This document shows positions 49,746 through 61,257 of a stretch of 64,000 nucleotides of DNA, one piece after another. The DNA is from Oculina patagonica (taxonomy: Eukaryota), in the NCBI RefSeq assembly GCF_052425735.1, contig NC_135763.1, positions 14,260,001 through 14,324,000 on the forward strand. The letters are read 5' to 3'. Made by a program: the position numbers and the translations under genes. The notes under the pieces are model-generated. The model worked only from the letters and a program-made list of their open reading frames with translations, searched no databases and was not told the origin of the DNA. Each line of letters starts with the position of its first letter. The first letter of the stretch is position 1.

Positions 49746-51432
49746 CATCTAGCTCGTGCGCGAGGTGAAAAAACTGACTCATATTTTTCAAAGTAGATCA
49801 AACGATTATTTTGCTTTTATAGTGTAGCCCACTTTAACACTGAATAACTACACTGATAGAGATGAATTAGTGTACGTTTAAGTTGTTTAAACTGTGCACA
49901 TGGTAAGAAATAAAAAATGAGTTTTAAATATGCGTACGTGACTGAGCAACCCATTTCAGTGCGCCGATGCCCACAAAATATATTGACATCATTTTGTCTA
50001 AAGCAAAAGAATAAGAGGATCGTAAAACTATTCTTTTCTTAGAAAGCAGAGAATTAACTTTTAATTTATTTGTAGGTTCTGAGTTGTATTAAAGCAAAAC
50101 GATAAGTGAATCGTGCAACTATTTTCTATTCTTTTGAAAGCGGTGAGGGTACAAGGCGGAATTAGTTTGTGGAATGGCATGTGGCATGACTTGCGGAATG
50201 GCATAATTATGCGGAATGTAATTTTTGCGGAAATTATGACTCTGACATAAATTATACTAAAAAAGCGCGCCAATTTTTGAGAAGCCGCTTTGTTAAATAC
50301 CGCGGGCTCAAACATGATAAAAATTGTTTGAAGAGCATCGATCGAGTCTTATAATTTGATTTTCACGTATGATATTCTTCAAGGATTCTGCGAAAAGAGT
50401 TTGGCGGCTAATGCTAAGGCTTTCCGCTTCTGTGGACGATGTATCACTCTAGGTCAGAGGATAAAACAGAGGATAAAAAAGCACCCACCGTAGGTCTTAT
50501 GAGCCATAAAATGCCTCGAATACAACTTGGTCCACTTCGTGCACCATTAATTACACGCGACTGGATGTATGGCCAAAACATCGAGACAGAAAGTCAAGTT
50601 TTGGCGGATGTCATCTCAGCCTCAGTAGTGAGCACTCGGTTGTATCCAGTCTCAAGCATGTCAGGTTCGGGCTGTGAAGGAGACTTGCTTCCGCCATAAC
50701 AAAGACTATAAAAACTCAATGAAAAACATGAACAGGTTTTACGAGACCTTACTACGTTTCGCTGAAAAAAATATATGTCGTACGTGGCTCAATTTCATTA
50801 TTGGTACAATTATTATTTTCCTTTGTTTTATACTTTGTTTAATCAGGTTTTATACTTGTGTATGATACCACAAAAACAGACAAAAACAAACAAGGAAATG
50901 ACGTCATTGCCCCCAGGGTGGATATATAGGTGTGTCGCTGTGAAGGGTGTGGGGCCACTCGCATACACAAATGAAGGAAGGATTTGATGTAACAAACTTT
51001 TAACTCAACTATTTTATTCACTGTGGTCATGGCAACCTATAAAACTGAATCGCTTCCATCTCACAATTTCTTTTTTTGTTCTTCAATAACAGCAACTAAA
51101 GGAGGCTCAGCAAATGCATAATCTAACTACACTTCCATGGAAAAAACTGAATTGCTCGTCTTACAGACAATTTTTTTAGCCACGGTATAAAAACTTGTGA
51201 GTTTCCCCACATTCTATTGTTTTGATTTTTTCCAAGTACTTTAACAAATGTATAATCTTGACACAAATCTGGGTGGAGGGGGTGGCTGACATACAAAAAA
51301 ACTGGATTTCTCACATCTTACAAACAATTTCTTAGCCACTATTGGGGAAAATGAAGTATAAAAGCTTGTAACGTAATTTGTTTTCCTTCTTTTTTTCTCA
51401 TTCAACAACAGTAACCCAATGCCCGATTCTCT

Positions 51433-51542
51433 CTATGGCGCGTGCCTGCAGGGAATTATGGTAATTGCATTCATTGTTGCTAAGTCTTGCGCATGGTTTG
51501 ATGAATACAATTACTGTGATTCCCTGCAGGCACGTGCCATAG
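51433..51542. repeat. 110-bp hairpin or mini-MITE
   Basis: 43-bp arms CTATGGCGCGTGCCTGCAGGGAAT.../...ATTCCCTGCAGGCACGTGCCATAG. Confidence 0.85.
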
Positions 51543-51879
51543 TGGGAAACTCGCTGTGAAAATGACAGTATTAGCACCTTGTGTATCTAAAGTAGCTCAT
51601 GAAATGTTTTATCTAAATCTAGATCCTGGGAGGGGGCTGCCACATAAAAAGAATGATGAATCAAGCTTGTTGTAAAACCTCAAAAAGGTATCAAAATAAA
51701 ATTTAGAAATTACTAAGCAGTTTCTTGATTTTTATCATTGGTAAATTATTGTGGGTTGGTATTTATTATTGGTTAGTTGTGGGTGGGTACATGTGTGTTT
51801 ACAAATGTCACCCATTTCAATACAATCTATTTAGAGAAAAAACAATGTAAAAAACACATTGGCTGATTTCCACTCACCC

Positions 51880-52260
51880 ATAGACATGAAAATGGTCAGA
51901 GGCTACTTTATTGGCTCTCCAAACTCCAAGGTCATCAGATTTAAGATCATCCACATTTTCAAACAATGTATTATCCACCAGGAATACAACATCATCTTGA
52001 ATGTTGGTTGGAATGGTAGAACAAACAACGTCATCATGATCTGTAAAAAGTAGGTGCTATGTGATATCAACAGCTGATAAAGAGTTCCCTTTCAACCCAC
52101 TTTTGAAAATAGGCAGTGCTAAATTTACACCGTAATACTCTATTTCTTCATGTTTTACATCATCTGAGGACATGCTTAGAAACTGGACAGGTGGATTTTC
52201 ATCATCGCTGGATGAGCTACACAGGTCAATAATGTCATGCTCTTGTTTCTGTGATAACCT
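51880..52260 (-). pseudogene. Probable N-terminal remnant of a MuDR-like transposase
   Basis: VCSTIPTNIQDDVVFLVDNTLFENVDDLKSDDLGVW motif, recalled from cnidarian MULE-like proteins. Confidence 0.45.
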
Positions 52261-52494
52261 TTTGACACTATGAGATAAAAGAATTATATAGATTGAGATA
52301 AATAATGAGGATAAAATAAAAGGAAGCAGATAACTTGTACCCAATTTAACTTGTTGTGCAAGACCAAAAAAATATTTCTAAGCTGGGGGAGCGCACACCC
52401 CCGTTTCCCACACACAAATTTAGCAGAGCTGTGCTCAAGCAGTGCCCGAGTGCCACAGGCAACTTACTTTTGTCTTTGCCGGGTGACTTGTATT

Positions 52495-53900
52495 AAATAG
52501 ATTTAGCCAAGGCTAAAAGCGGAGCTCCCGGATTATTTACTTCGCCCTTTTCGTAAATCCGAATTTACTGACCGATAAGTAGCCTGCGTTGCAGACGAAC
52601 AAAACCCCGGTTGTATGCGTCTGCGAATTAGAGCACAAAAGCTTGTTCCGGCCACCCGCGTGTTACCAGGGATTTCTATAATAACCTCTGATTGGCTCTT
52701 TAAAAGGGCTGTTCTTTCGTGCGCCGTTATTGGTCGGTTGATCTTGTGAAACCATAGTTACGCGTTCGATGAATACCAGATACCACTACCAGTTACACTG
52801 AGGCGTTCTTGTCGTATAATTTGTATATTTGCCGCTCTGTGGAATTGGTCATCCAATTTATTTCGCTTTTCACTTGTCTAGAAAGGGCACTTTATGCTGT
52901 AAGCTGTATTATTTGGAGGCGTTTTAAATTGCGTAGAGCCATAAGACTGTCGCTGCACGGCTTTTTGTTTGTATGTTTTGACTGTTTTGACATCTCTGTG
53001 TTAAATTTGCCATATGTAATTACTATTGCGGTTAGTCTTTGAACATTCATGTTTGCAAGATATTTTATGAGCTCTCGAAATATTTGCTCTGGTCCTAAAT
53101 TTTCCGTGAAGATGTCGACTACTTGCATTCTGCATTTGTAACGCCGGGTTCGGCTGTTTATTGTGTTGCAAGGTCATGTTGCTTCTTATTACGGATGACG
53201 GATGGTTCGTTGTGTGACATTCTTTCACCACAAGACAGTGACCTTTTTGCTTGTCAGTTGTGTTTGTTTCTTGTCGTTATTGCTTTCTTTTTTATCAGAT
53301 AGTTCGAACCGGTTGCTTTTTTACCGCTTCAAACTTTTATTCTCACCGATCTGCCTTGATCGCCGCAAGTTTATTGTGTATCTGTTATTCATCAAAAGCG
53401 TAACTATGGTGTTACGAGATCCATTCGACCAATCCCGACGCACAAAAGAACGGCCCTATCAAAGAGCCAATCAGAGGTAATTATAGAAATCCCTGGTAGC
53501 GCGCGGGGGGGCGGAACAAGCTTTTGTGCTCTAATTCGCAGACGCATATAACCGGGGTTTTGTTCGTCTGCAACGCAGGCTAACCGATAAGAGGAAAAAA
53601 TAAATCACTTGAGCCCGCGATCTAATGTAAACCATTAATTGGTCAGTGGTAAACTTCAAAAAACATTCCACCTCAATGGGTTCTACTTGTGAGCCCGCGA
53701 TGTGGTCATGTGATACTGGTCAGTGGACACCTTGTTTTGACAGCTGTCAATTGACCATGACATGGATGTCCAATATCAAAGATGTAAGCATGCGTTACCA
53801 TAACCTTAAACCTATTTCTGAAGTATGGCCGCCATGTTGGGGCGACATCGTGCGCACGCGCACATGAACCATGCCACTAGCCGTGACGACCATGAAAAAC
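52495..53900 (-). mobile_element. Truncated Helentron-associated (HINE-like) repeat interrupted by Academ
   Basis: AATAGATTTAGCCAAGGCTAAAAGCGGAGCTCC (hairpin plus subTIR end). The sequence resumes after the Academ TSD. Confidence 0.55.
52580..53582. mobile_element. Non-autonomous AcademH-type DNA transposon
   Basis: Long TIR TAGCCTGCGTTGCAGACG...CGTCTGCAACGCAGGCTA. Perfect 9-bp TSD ACCGATAAG. Confidence 0.9.
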
Positions 53901-53914
53901 CAAAAGCCTGTGTC

Positions 53915-54362
53915 TGTTAATTTAGTAATTTTGGTTGTAATATCATAGGTGACAAATTACTCCTTAATTTTGGCGCGAAATTTCAACGTTAATTTATAAT
54001 TTCAAAGTGAAATTATAAAATTGCCATGGCAACGTAGTTAGCGGCAAGATGGCGTCCGGATTTTTCGCTTGAATTTCATCTTAGCCAGCTAGCCTTGGCC
54101 ATGTACTAAAACTTTTGATGATATTTTATATTTCAAAACGTCAAAACGACTTCAAGACCTACGCCAATTACATAAATGGCATCGAGCGAATTTTTAGCGT
54201 TTTACACGGGCGCCGTTTTCAGTTCATTCAACTATGGTCATAATTGTCAAAATTCTAATAATTTCCCTCGTCTAAAGGCTCGGGAAATTATAAGAATTTT
54301 GACAAAACGCGCGTGAAATTCTTTCCTAATTTCACTCGTCACCATTTAATTACCCATACTTA
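53915..54362. mobile_element. Short palindrome-ended repeat, possibly a non-autonomous Crypton-like element
   Basis: Terminal hairpins TTGTCAAAATTCT..AATTTCCC..GGGAAATT..AGAATTTTGACAA and GTGAAATT..AATTTCAC. No TSD or TIR found. Confidence 0.35.
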
Positions 54363-54376
54363 TACCCAGAAGGATC

Positions 54377-54626
54377 TGTGAAGAATGAAAAGAAGGTCCT
54401 CAAATACTCTTTAGACTCTTTAATTCGATAACTCTTCAGACTCAATTCCAAGACTTTTTCGAACGAGAATTTCTTACAATACTTTAACTCTTCTCTCCGA
54501 CAAAACAACATGTGTGAAGTGATTTTCCGAGGTCAGATGTCAATCAAGCGATCACGCGCTTACGATTACGTAGCTACAGAAATACAAATGATAATCACGC
54601 GAGGGTAACGCAATCTCTTTTTGACA
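54377..54626 (-). repeat. 3' LTR of the BEL/Pao element
   Basis: TGT...ACA ends. Adjacent PPT (minus strand AAGGGGGAGTG) at 54627-54637. Confidence 0.95.
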
Positions 54627-55844
54627 CACTCCCCCTTGATTGACCTAGTCAATCAAAGAATCTTAATAAACTAATAAAACTAATGTCAATGTTCACTGTT
54701 CGGCAATGTTCCTTAAAAAGTTAACTCTGAGTGTTTAGACAATGTTCAGTCACAACGCACAATCTCTACTTGTTCATCGGGAACAAATCTGATGGCTTGA
54801 TTTCACTAAAGACCATTGTCTCAAAGTCCTTGGCCCCAAACTCCTTCTGATTTGGCCAACCGTTCAGAACCTTTCGTCAAGAAATCAGGACCTTCCCACC
54901 ACGTTTTGTCGTCCTTTAGCCTTGAGGCCTTGCATCCACGTGACGCGACATCAGCCGGATTCTGATCAGTGGGAACATACTTCCATAAATCTGGGGAAAT
55001 GAGCTTTCGGATTTCTACAACTCGGTTTTGTACGAATGGTTTGAATTCCTTTTCAATCTTGGTGATCCACCACAATGCTATCTCTGAATCCAACCAACAG
55101 ACACATTTTTCTATCTTCAGAGATGGAACAAGTGCCTTGTGAACGCTCGTGAGCAATCTTGCTAACACTAGTGCAGACAACAGTTCCAATCTGGGTGTGG
55201 TGGCACCGGTGATGGGCGATACCCTTGTTTTCGAGGCGACAAGTTTGCACACAACTGAGTTCCCACTAAGGTGCAGGATTGCGGTTTATCAAAATCTCAT
55301 GATAGAATATCATTAGTTTGATAACTGATATTTTGATATCTCAGTGATATTTTGGTGATAACTGCATGATAATATCAACAAATATTTTTCCGTTTTAAAT
55401 ATCAAAAATATCATTATCATATCGTATTTACATGATAGTTGCTAGAATACTTTTTGTTATCAAATTTTTAAATTATCATTATCAAGGTATCACTATCAAG
55501 TTAGAATCATATCATGTATCACTATCATTTTCAAATCTCACTCAAGCAATAACAGACACAATGATATTATGATATATCGTGATAATATCAAAATTGTCCA
55601 CAAAACTACATAATCACATTGCTATTTACTCCTTTTAGACACGGCAAGATTAACTTTCGTAACACCCGATTTTGGCTTTTTTTAACTCATTCTTTGGCCT
55701 TTTAATGACTGTCATTCACAAACCAGAAAATATTTAGTTTGTACTGCGTCATTTTTCTTGCAACTTTCAAATACGTATTTAGTAAGATGCGGGTAAGATT
55801 TACGTATTGGTATTGTCTGGGGTTAATGTAAGTTATCGTTTAAA

Positions 55845-56012
55845 ATTAGGGTTAGAGTTCAGAGGCAATGTTATTCAGGGTTAGCGTTTAAGTAAGGGTT
55901 AGGGTTAGGTTAGGGAGGTTAGGGTTAAGGTTAGGTTAGGGTTAGGGTTAGGGTTAGATTAGGTTAGGCTAGGCTAGGCTAGGTTAGGTTAGGTTAGGGT
56001 TAGGGTTTAGGG
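55845..56012 (+). repeat. Interstitial telomere-like (TTAGGG/TTAGG)n tract
   Basis: Direct reading of the sequence. Confidence 0.9.
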
Positions 56013-56021
56013 TAAGTGCAG

Positions 56022-57010
56022 TATTCTGATAAAATCATGATTTATCATTTTATCACTGAGAGGAGAAGAAAAGTTAGTTAATTAAATATTCTGATAATAT
56101 CATGATAAATCACTCTATCACTGGGAGGAGAAGTAAAGTTAGTTAATTAAGTATTCTGATAATATCATGATTTATCACTATCACTAGGAAGAGAAGAAAT
56201 ACTACTTCATTAAATATTCTGATAATATCATGATAAATCACTCTATCACTGGGAGGAGAAGTAAAGTTAGTTAATTAAGTATTCTGATAATATCATGATT
56301 TATCACTCTATCACTAGGAGGAGAAGAAATACTACTTCATTAAATATTCTGATAATATCATGATAAATCACTCTATCACTGGGAGGAGAAGTAAAGTTAG
56401 TTAATTAAGTATTCTGATAATATTATGATTTATCACTCTATCACTAGGAGGAGAAGAAATACTACTTCATTAAATATTCTGATAATATCATGATAAATCA
56501 CTCTATCACTGGGAGGAGAAGAAATACTGCTTAATTAAATATTCTGATAATATCATGATTTATCACTATATCACTGGGAGGAGAAGAAATACTACCTAAT
56601 TAAATATTCTGATAATATCATGATTTATCACTATATCACTGGCAAGAGAAATAAAGTTAGTTAATTAAATATTCTGATAATATCATGATTTATCACTCTA
56701 TCACTGGGAGGAGAAGAAAAACCACTTAAATATTCTGATAATATCATGATTTATCACTATATCACTGGGAGGAGAAGAAATACTACTTAATTAAATATTC
56801 TGATAATATCATGATTTATCACTATATCACTGGGAGGAGAAGAAATACTACTTAATTAAATATTCTGATAATATCATGATTTATCACTCTATCACTGGGA
56901 GGAGAAGAAAAACCACTTAATTATATATTCTGATAATATCATGATAAATCACTGTATCACAGGGAAAAGAGAAATAGTTACTTATTTAAGTATTCTGATA
57001 ATATCATGAT
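56022..57010. repeat. About 65-bp minisatellite, about 15 units
   Basis: Unit TATTCTGATAATATCATGATTTATCACTCTATCACTGGGAGGAGAAGAAATACTACTTAATTAAA. Confidence 0.95.
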
Positions 57011-58483
57011 AACATATCTTTATAATCAGAGAAAACCCCATTGCGGAATATCAAAAAATCAACCCCTTATATCACCAAAGATATATCATGATAATAGCAC
57101 TATCCCTTAGAAGAAACATATAGAAAAAAACGTGATATATCATAATTGATTATTAGTCCTGATATAATGATAATACGCAATACTGCACCTCTCTCTGAGT
57201 TCCCTGACTGTATTCTGAGATAAACGACACCACCAAAAGTCCTTTCAGAAGCATCACCAAACCCGTGCAATTCAATCATGGAAGTTTCAAGAGAGTTCAG
57301 TTCAGATGAGTAACATCTGTCAATTGAGAAACTTGAAATGTTTTGCATGTCCTGCAGCAATGATCTCCACTGCTTCAGTACTTCCCCACCCAATTGAGTG
57401 TCCCAATCAATTTCTTTCTTGAAAATCTCTTGAAACAGTATTTTGAAAGCAACAAAGACTGGAGATAGCATTCCAAGCGGGTCGAATATCTTCGCAATAG
57501 AACTGAGAATGATTCGTTTGGTGACATGTTCTTCTGTTAAATGACTGGTGAGGTTCTTGAAGGTAAACACAAGCTTATCAGCCGCATGATTCCAAGATGT
57601 TCCCAGCACCCTTGGAAGATCTTCTGTGTTTTCCTGGCACTTAAACTGCGACTTTGAGAATGTCTGATCTTCTTGCTGGAATTCAGGGATGGGCTGTTGC
57701 TGACTCCCCCCTTGGTCTTCTTCAGCGTTGATTCTGTTCGCCAATTCTTGATCGTTTGTCAACCATTTGCGCATATTGAACCCAGCCTTCTTGAATCTTG
57801 TCTTGAGTTTGGAATACAAATCATAAGCTGAGGTACCGTCTGGTTTCGAAGATGCCAGATCATCCACATACATAGAGTGCAAGACTTCCTCCACAAATGC
57901 TGGGTCACTATCCAAGTAAGAGTTCAAATGATGGCGAATTGTTCCATTGAGGAGGAAAGGGCTGGAGTTGACCCCAAAGACTACTCTTGTGAATCGTCTT
58001 ATGACCAATTGCGGATTGTCAGTCAAAATGTCATCAATCCAAAGAAATCGCAGGAAGTCACGGTGCTCTGGGGCTATGGCAACATTCAAGAATGCCTTCT
58101 CTATATCAGCGGTGAGTGCGATTTGGTGAGCTCGGAATCGTACCATTACATCAAAGATCATTGGAGTGAGTGGTGGTCCAGAGTAAAGACAATCATTGAG
58201 GATAGGTCCACCCCGTTTAGCGGATGCGTCATAGAGAACACGGAGTTTAGTAGTGTCCTTGTCAAGCCTTATAACTTCTCGGTGGGGCAGATAATGGACC
58301 TTGCCTAGTTCAGGTTGTTCTTCCTGATTCACCGCTTCAATAATGTTTTTCTCAAGTTGATCCTGAAAAATAGAATCGTAATGTTTGAGGACTTCAGGTT
58401 TTGATTTAAGTCGCCGCACCAATGACTCCAGCCTCAATTTGCTCAACTGGTTGTTGTCTGGAAGAAGAGGGTGACTTTCCTTG

Positions 58484-58760
58484 TAAGTAAGTAAGTAAGT
58501 AAGTATGACTTTATTTAACGAGGGTGACACCCGACAGTAATCAAACTGATAAACTTGTGGCCCTCATAAAAATATAACAATGGTATAAACTTTAAAAATA
58601 GATATTGATTTAGATAAAACTATGTACAACATTAAATACAATAAGACAATTAAGAATTAAAATTACATGAATGATTGCGTATGGATTTGATTATTTAAAA
58701 TTTGTTTAAAAAGAGAACGCTTAAAAAAGTTAACACTTGGGCTCCGTTTTAAGTCCGCGC
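58484..58760 (-). mobile_element. 5'-truncated L2/CR1-type LINE 3' end inserted in BEL pol
   Basis: Minus strand ...SVNFFKRSLLNKF*, 3' UTR, AATAAA and a (TTAC)n tail. TSD TCCTTG. Splits KLPFKE|SHPLLPDN. Confidence 0.85.
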
Positions 58761-60985
58761 TCCTTGAAAGGCAACTTGACCTCATACCTCTCTCCATCAT
58801 GCACGATGTCTTCTATGAATTTCTCGTAGACTGACGGCTCGTCAGGTTTGATTCCCAGAGTTTCCAAGTCCCAGAAATGTTTGATTTCTCCTTCAAATGA
58901 GTTTCTTTCTTCGACAACAGAACTGGAGACCTTGAGTACATGAGTTTCAGTAAGGTTAACTGTCGAGTCTCCCTGTCCTGGCACTGGTATTCCAACCGGT
59001 CCAGAAAGTACATAACCAAGCTTGGTAGAGAGGGCAATAGGAGCTGATCCTGGACCACGAACAACGCCTCCACTTACAAAATGCCAATAGAAGTCTGCAC
59101 CAATAAGAATGTCTATATTCAATTCTTCGTTACCATGGGAACTATCAGCAAGCCTTAAGCACTGCAAGTGAGGGTAGTTTGCTTGGGTGGACTCAATGAT
59201 TTGATTACTGATAGGTGCACAGATCACAGGTACTACATATGCCGAAACATAGATCTGCATACCGTCAATAGTCTCCACAGCCATTTGAACAATGTCACAC
59301 TGTCGGAGTTTATCAGTAGACTCTCCAAATGTCTTGATCAGTAGTGTCTCCTGGCCAGTGATTGGAAGGTTCAAAGCTTTTTGCAAGTTCTCTGAGATGT
59401 AGCTCCTTTGACTGCCACTATCAAACACTATTCTTGCATTGACGGAATGTTTACCATTTCCTGGCTTGGAGATGTTCGCTCTCGCTGTCTGCAAAAGGAC
59501 ACTAGATTTCGAGTTGATAAACATACTAGTTGTTGGTGCTTGAAATGTTGCTGCGCTTGAGGTGGGTGCATCTCCTTCTCTTGTGGCTGCACTCCCTCCA
59601 GGGTGGGCTGCCTGATTCTCATTACCCTGATTTTCACAGATTGAGGCGTGGTGTCTCCAACCACAGATGTAACACACTTTGCCATTGTCACATTGATTAG
59701 CGAGGTGACCAGTACGCAAACATCTAAAACACCTTCCCTTTTGTCGCAGAATCTGTTTCCTTGCAGAGATGTTAGTCACCACATTGCAATTGATGGATGG
59801 ATGTGATCCCTTGCAGTATGTACACCAATGGCCCTGATGAGTGTTCTTTCCACCTTCCGTAAACAATGCTGAAGTTGTCGATGGTTGATCGGATGGTACA
59901 CGCCTTGAAGTATTCGGGAACCGAGGCTCCTTATTGCTGACATCTCCAGAGACATGTTGGCAGTTTTCTCGCAGTTGCAACTCCCTTTGAAATTCGATTA
60001 AAATATCCTTAAGGACCCAGGTTTCCGACGTTAGATTTCGGGAGATGGCAATCCGGAACTCTTCAGTTCTGGCAATTTTTGCATGATGGTGGGCGTTAGA
60101 AAGCAGCCATACATCTCTTGTGAAATTTCCAAACTCTCAAGCGCACGCACATGTGATTCCACGGTATCGTACAGATTACGAAGACGTTTGACCTCATGAA
60201 TGCTCGTTATTTTGGGGATTTTAGTGAGAGCTTCCATGTGGCTCGAAATGATGACCTGACGATTTCCGAATCTCTTTTTCAGGAGATCAACTGCCTTCTC
60301 GTAATTGGCGCTTGTCAGAGTCAATCCTGCGATTACGTGTGCAGCAGAACCCACAAGGAGTGAATTTGGATAATTGAACTTATCTACTCCAGACAGAGCG
60401 GTGTTTCGATGGACGGCTGATTCAAAGCACTCCCAGAACGGATACCAGTCGATTGGATTCCCGTAGAACTTCTTCAATTCGAGTTTCGGTAGTTTGGCAT
60501 GTCTGCGAACTGAGGAAACACTCGCATGCGTCCCTGTTTGAGTGTTGTTCAAACCAGCTCCAGCAGATTGCGAAACAAATGCCACTCCTTGACTCTGTCC
60601 TTGATCTTTTTCCGAACTTAAGGCTGTTTCCAGGTCGACAATGCACTCCTGTATTGCGCTGGTGAATTCGCAGCTTTCATTCACCTCTCCATCGATTTTC
60701 GACTCGTCGAGCAGATATTCAAGAACCTCTCCATCCAAGCGTTTAAGCTCCGAAAGCTTATCCAGAAGAGTGGATTTTAAGGATTTAAGCTTCTTCAGAT
60801 CAACAGATTCTCCACTATCTATTGATTCCCTCGCTTCGGTGATAATTTTCTTGACGAATGTTCGATGTCTTTCGCGGATCTTCGTCTTTTTCTTTAATTT
60901 CTTCTTCGCTTCGGCCATGTTTAACACGCATTCCTTCATAAACCTTGCCTTCAATTATCTTCCCGACGAATTTCCCGGCGAATGT

Positions 60986-61003
60986 TCCCGGGTCTCGGCA
61001 CCA
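60986..61003 (-). promoter_or_regulatory. Primer-binding site (tRNA-Phe-like)
   Basis: TGGTGCCGAGACCCGGGA, 4 nt inside the 5' LTR. One mismatch to the complement of the tRNA-Phe 3' end, TGGTGCCGAAACCCGGGA. Confidence 0.8.
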
Positions 61004-61007
61004 GCAA

Positions 61008-61257
61008 TGTGAAGAATGAAAACAAGGTCTTCAAATACTCTTTAGACTCTTTAATTCGATGACTCTTCAGACCCAATTCCAAGACTTTTTCGAACGAGAA
61101 TTTCTTACAATACTTTAACTCTTCTCTCCGATAAAACAACATGTGTGAAGTGATTTTCCGAGGTCAGATGTCAATCAAGCGATCACGCGCTTACGATTAC
61201 GTAGCTACAGAAATACAAATGATAATCACGCGAGGGTAACGCAATCTCTTTTTGACA
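61008..61257 (-). repeat. 5' LTR of the BEL/Pao element
   Basis: 98% identical to 54377-54626 and followed by the TSD GGATC. Confidence 0.95.

Larger units (their letters stand above)
55265..57194. mobile_element. Non-autonomous TIR element (MuDR-like, 10-bp TSD) carrying telomere-like and satellite arrays
   Basis: Splits the RNase H at RIQSGNS|[22 protein letters not shown] (55255-55264, 57195-57204). Imperfect TIR AGGTGCAG(G/T)ATTGCG. Confidence 0.85.
54790..60954 (-). pseudogene. BEL/Pao gag-pol polyprotein (DUF1759 gag, Zn knuckles, protease, RT, RNase H), disrupted
   Basis: [80 protein letters not shown]. Confidence 0.95.
54377..61257 (-). mobile_element. BEL/Pao LTR retrotransposon, both LTRs present, integrase deleted, two nested insertions
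   Basis: 250-bp TG..CA LTRs (54377-54626 and 61008-61257; 5 differences), 5-bp TSD GGATC, PBS and PPT present, gag-PR-RT-RH motifs. Confidence 0.97.

Noticed and set aside
55845-56012. True chromosome end or fusion site
   Set aside because: Short, degenerate, single-orientation tract enclosed in a TSD-flanked element inside an LTR retrotransposon.
56022-57010. Regularly spaced palindromic repeats resembling a CRISPR array
   Set aside because: The intervening sequences are themselves repeated (no unique spacers), there are no cas genes, and the context is a eukaryotic TE.
57100-58530. 476-aa ORF as an intact gene
   Set aside because: Its N- and C-termini come from flanking insertions (LINE tail and TIR element); it is an internal piece of BEL pol.
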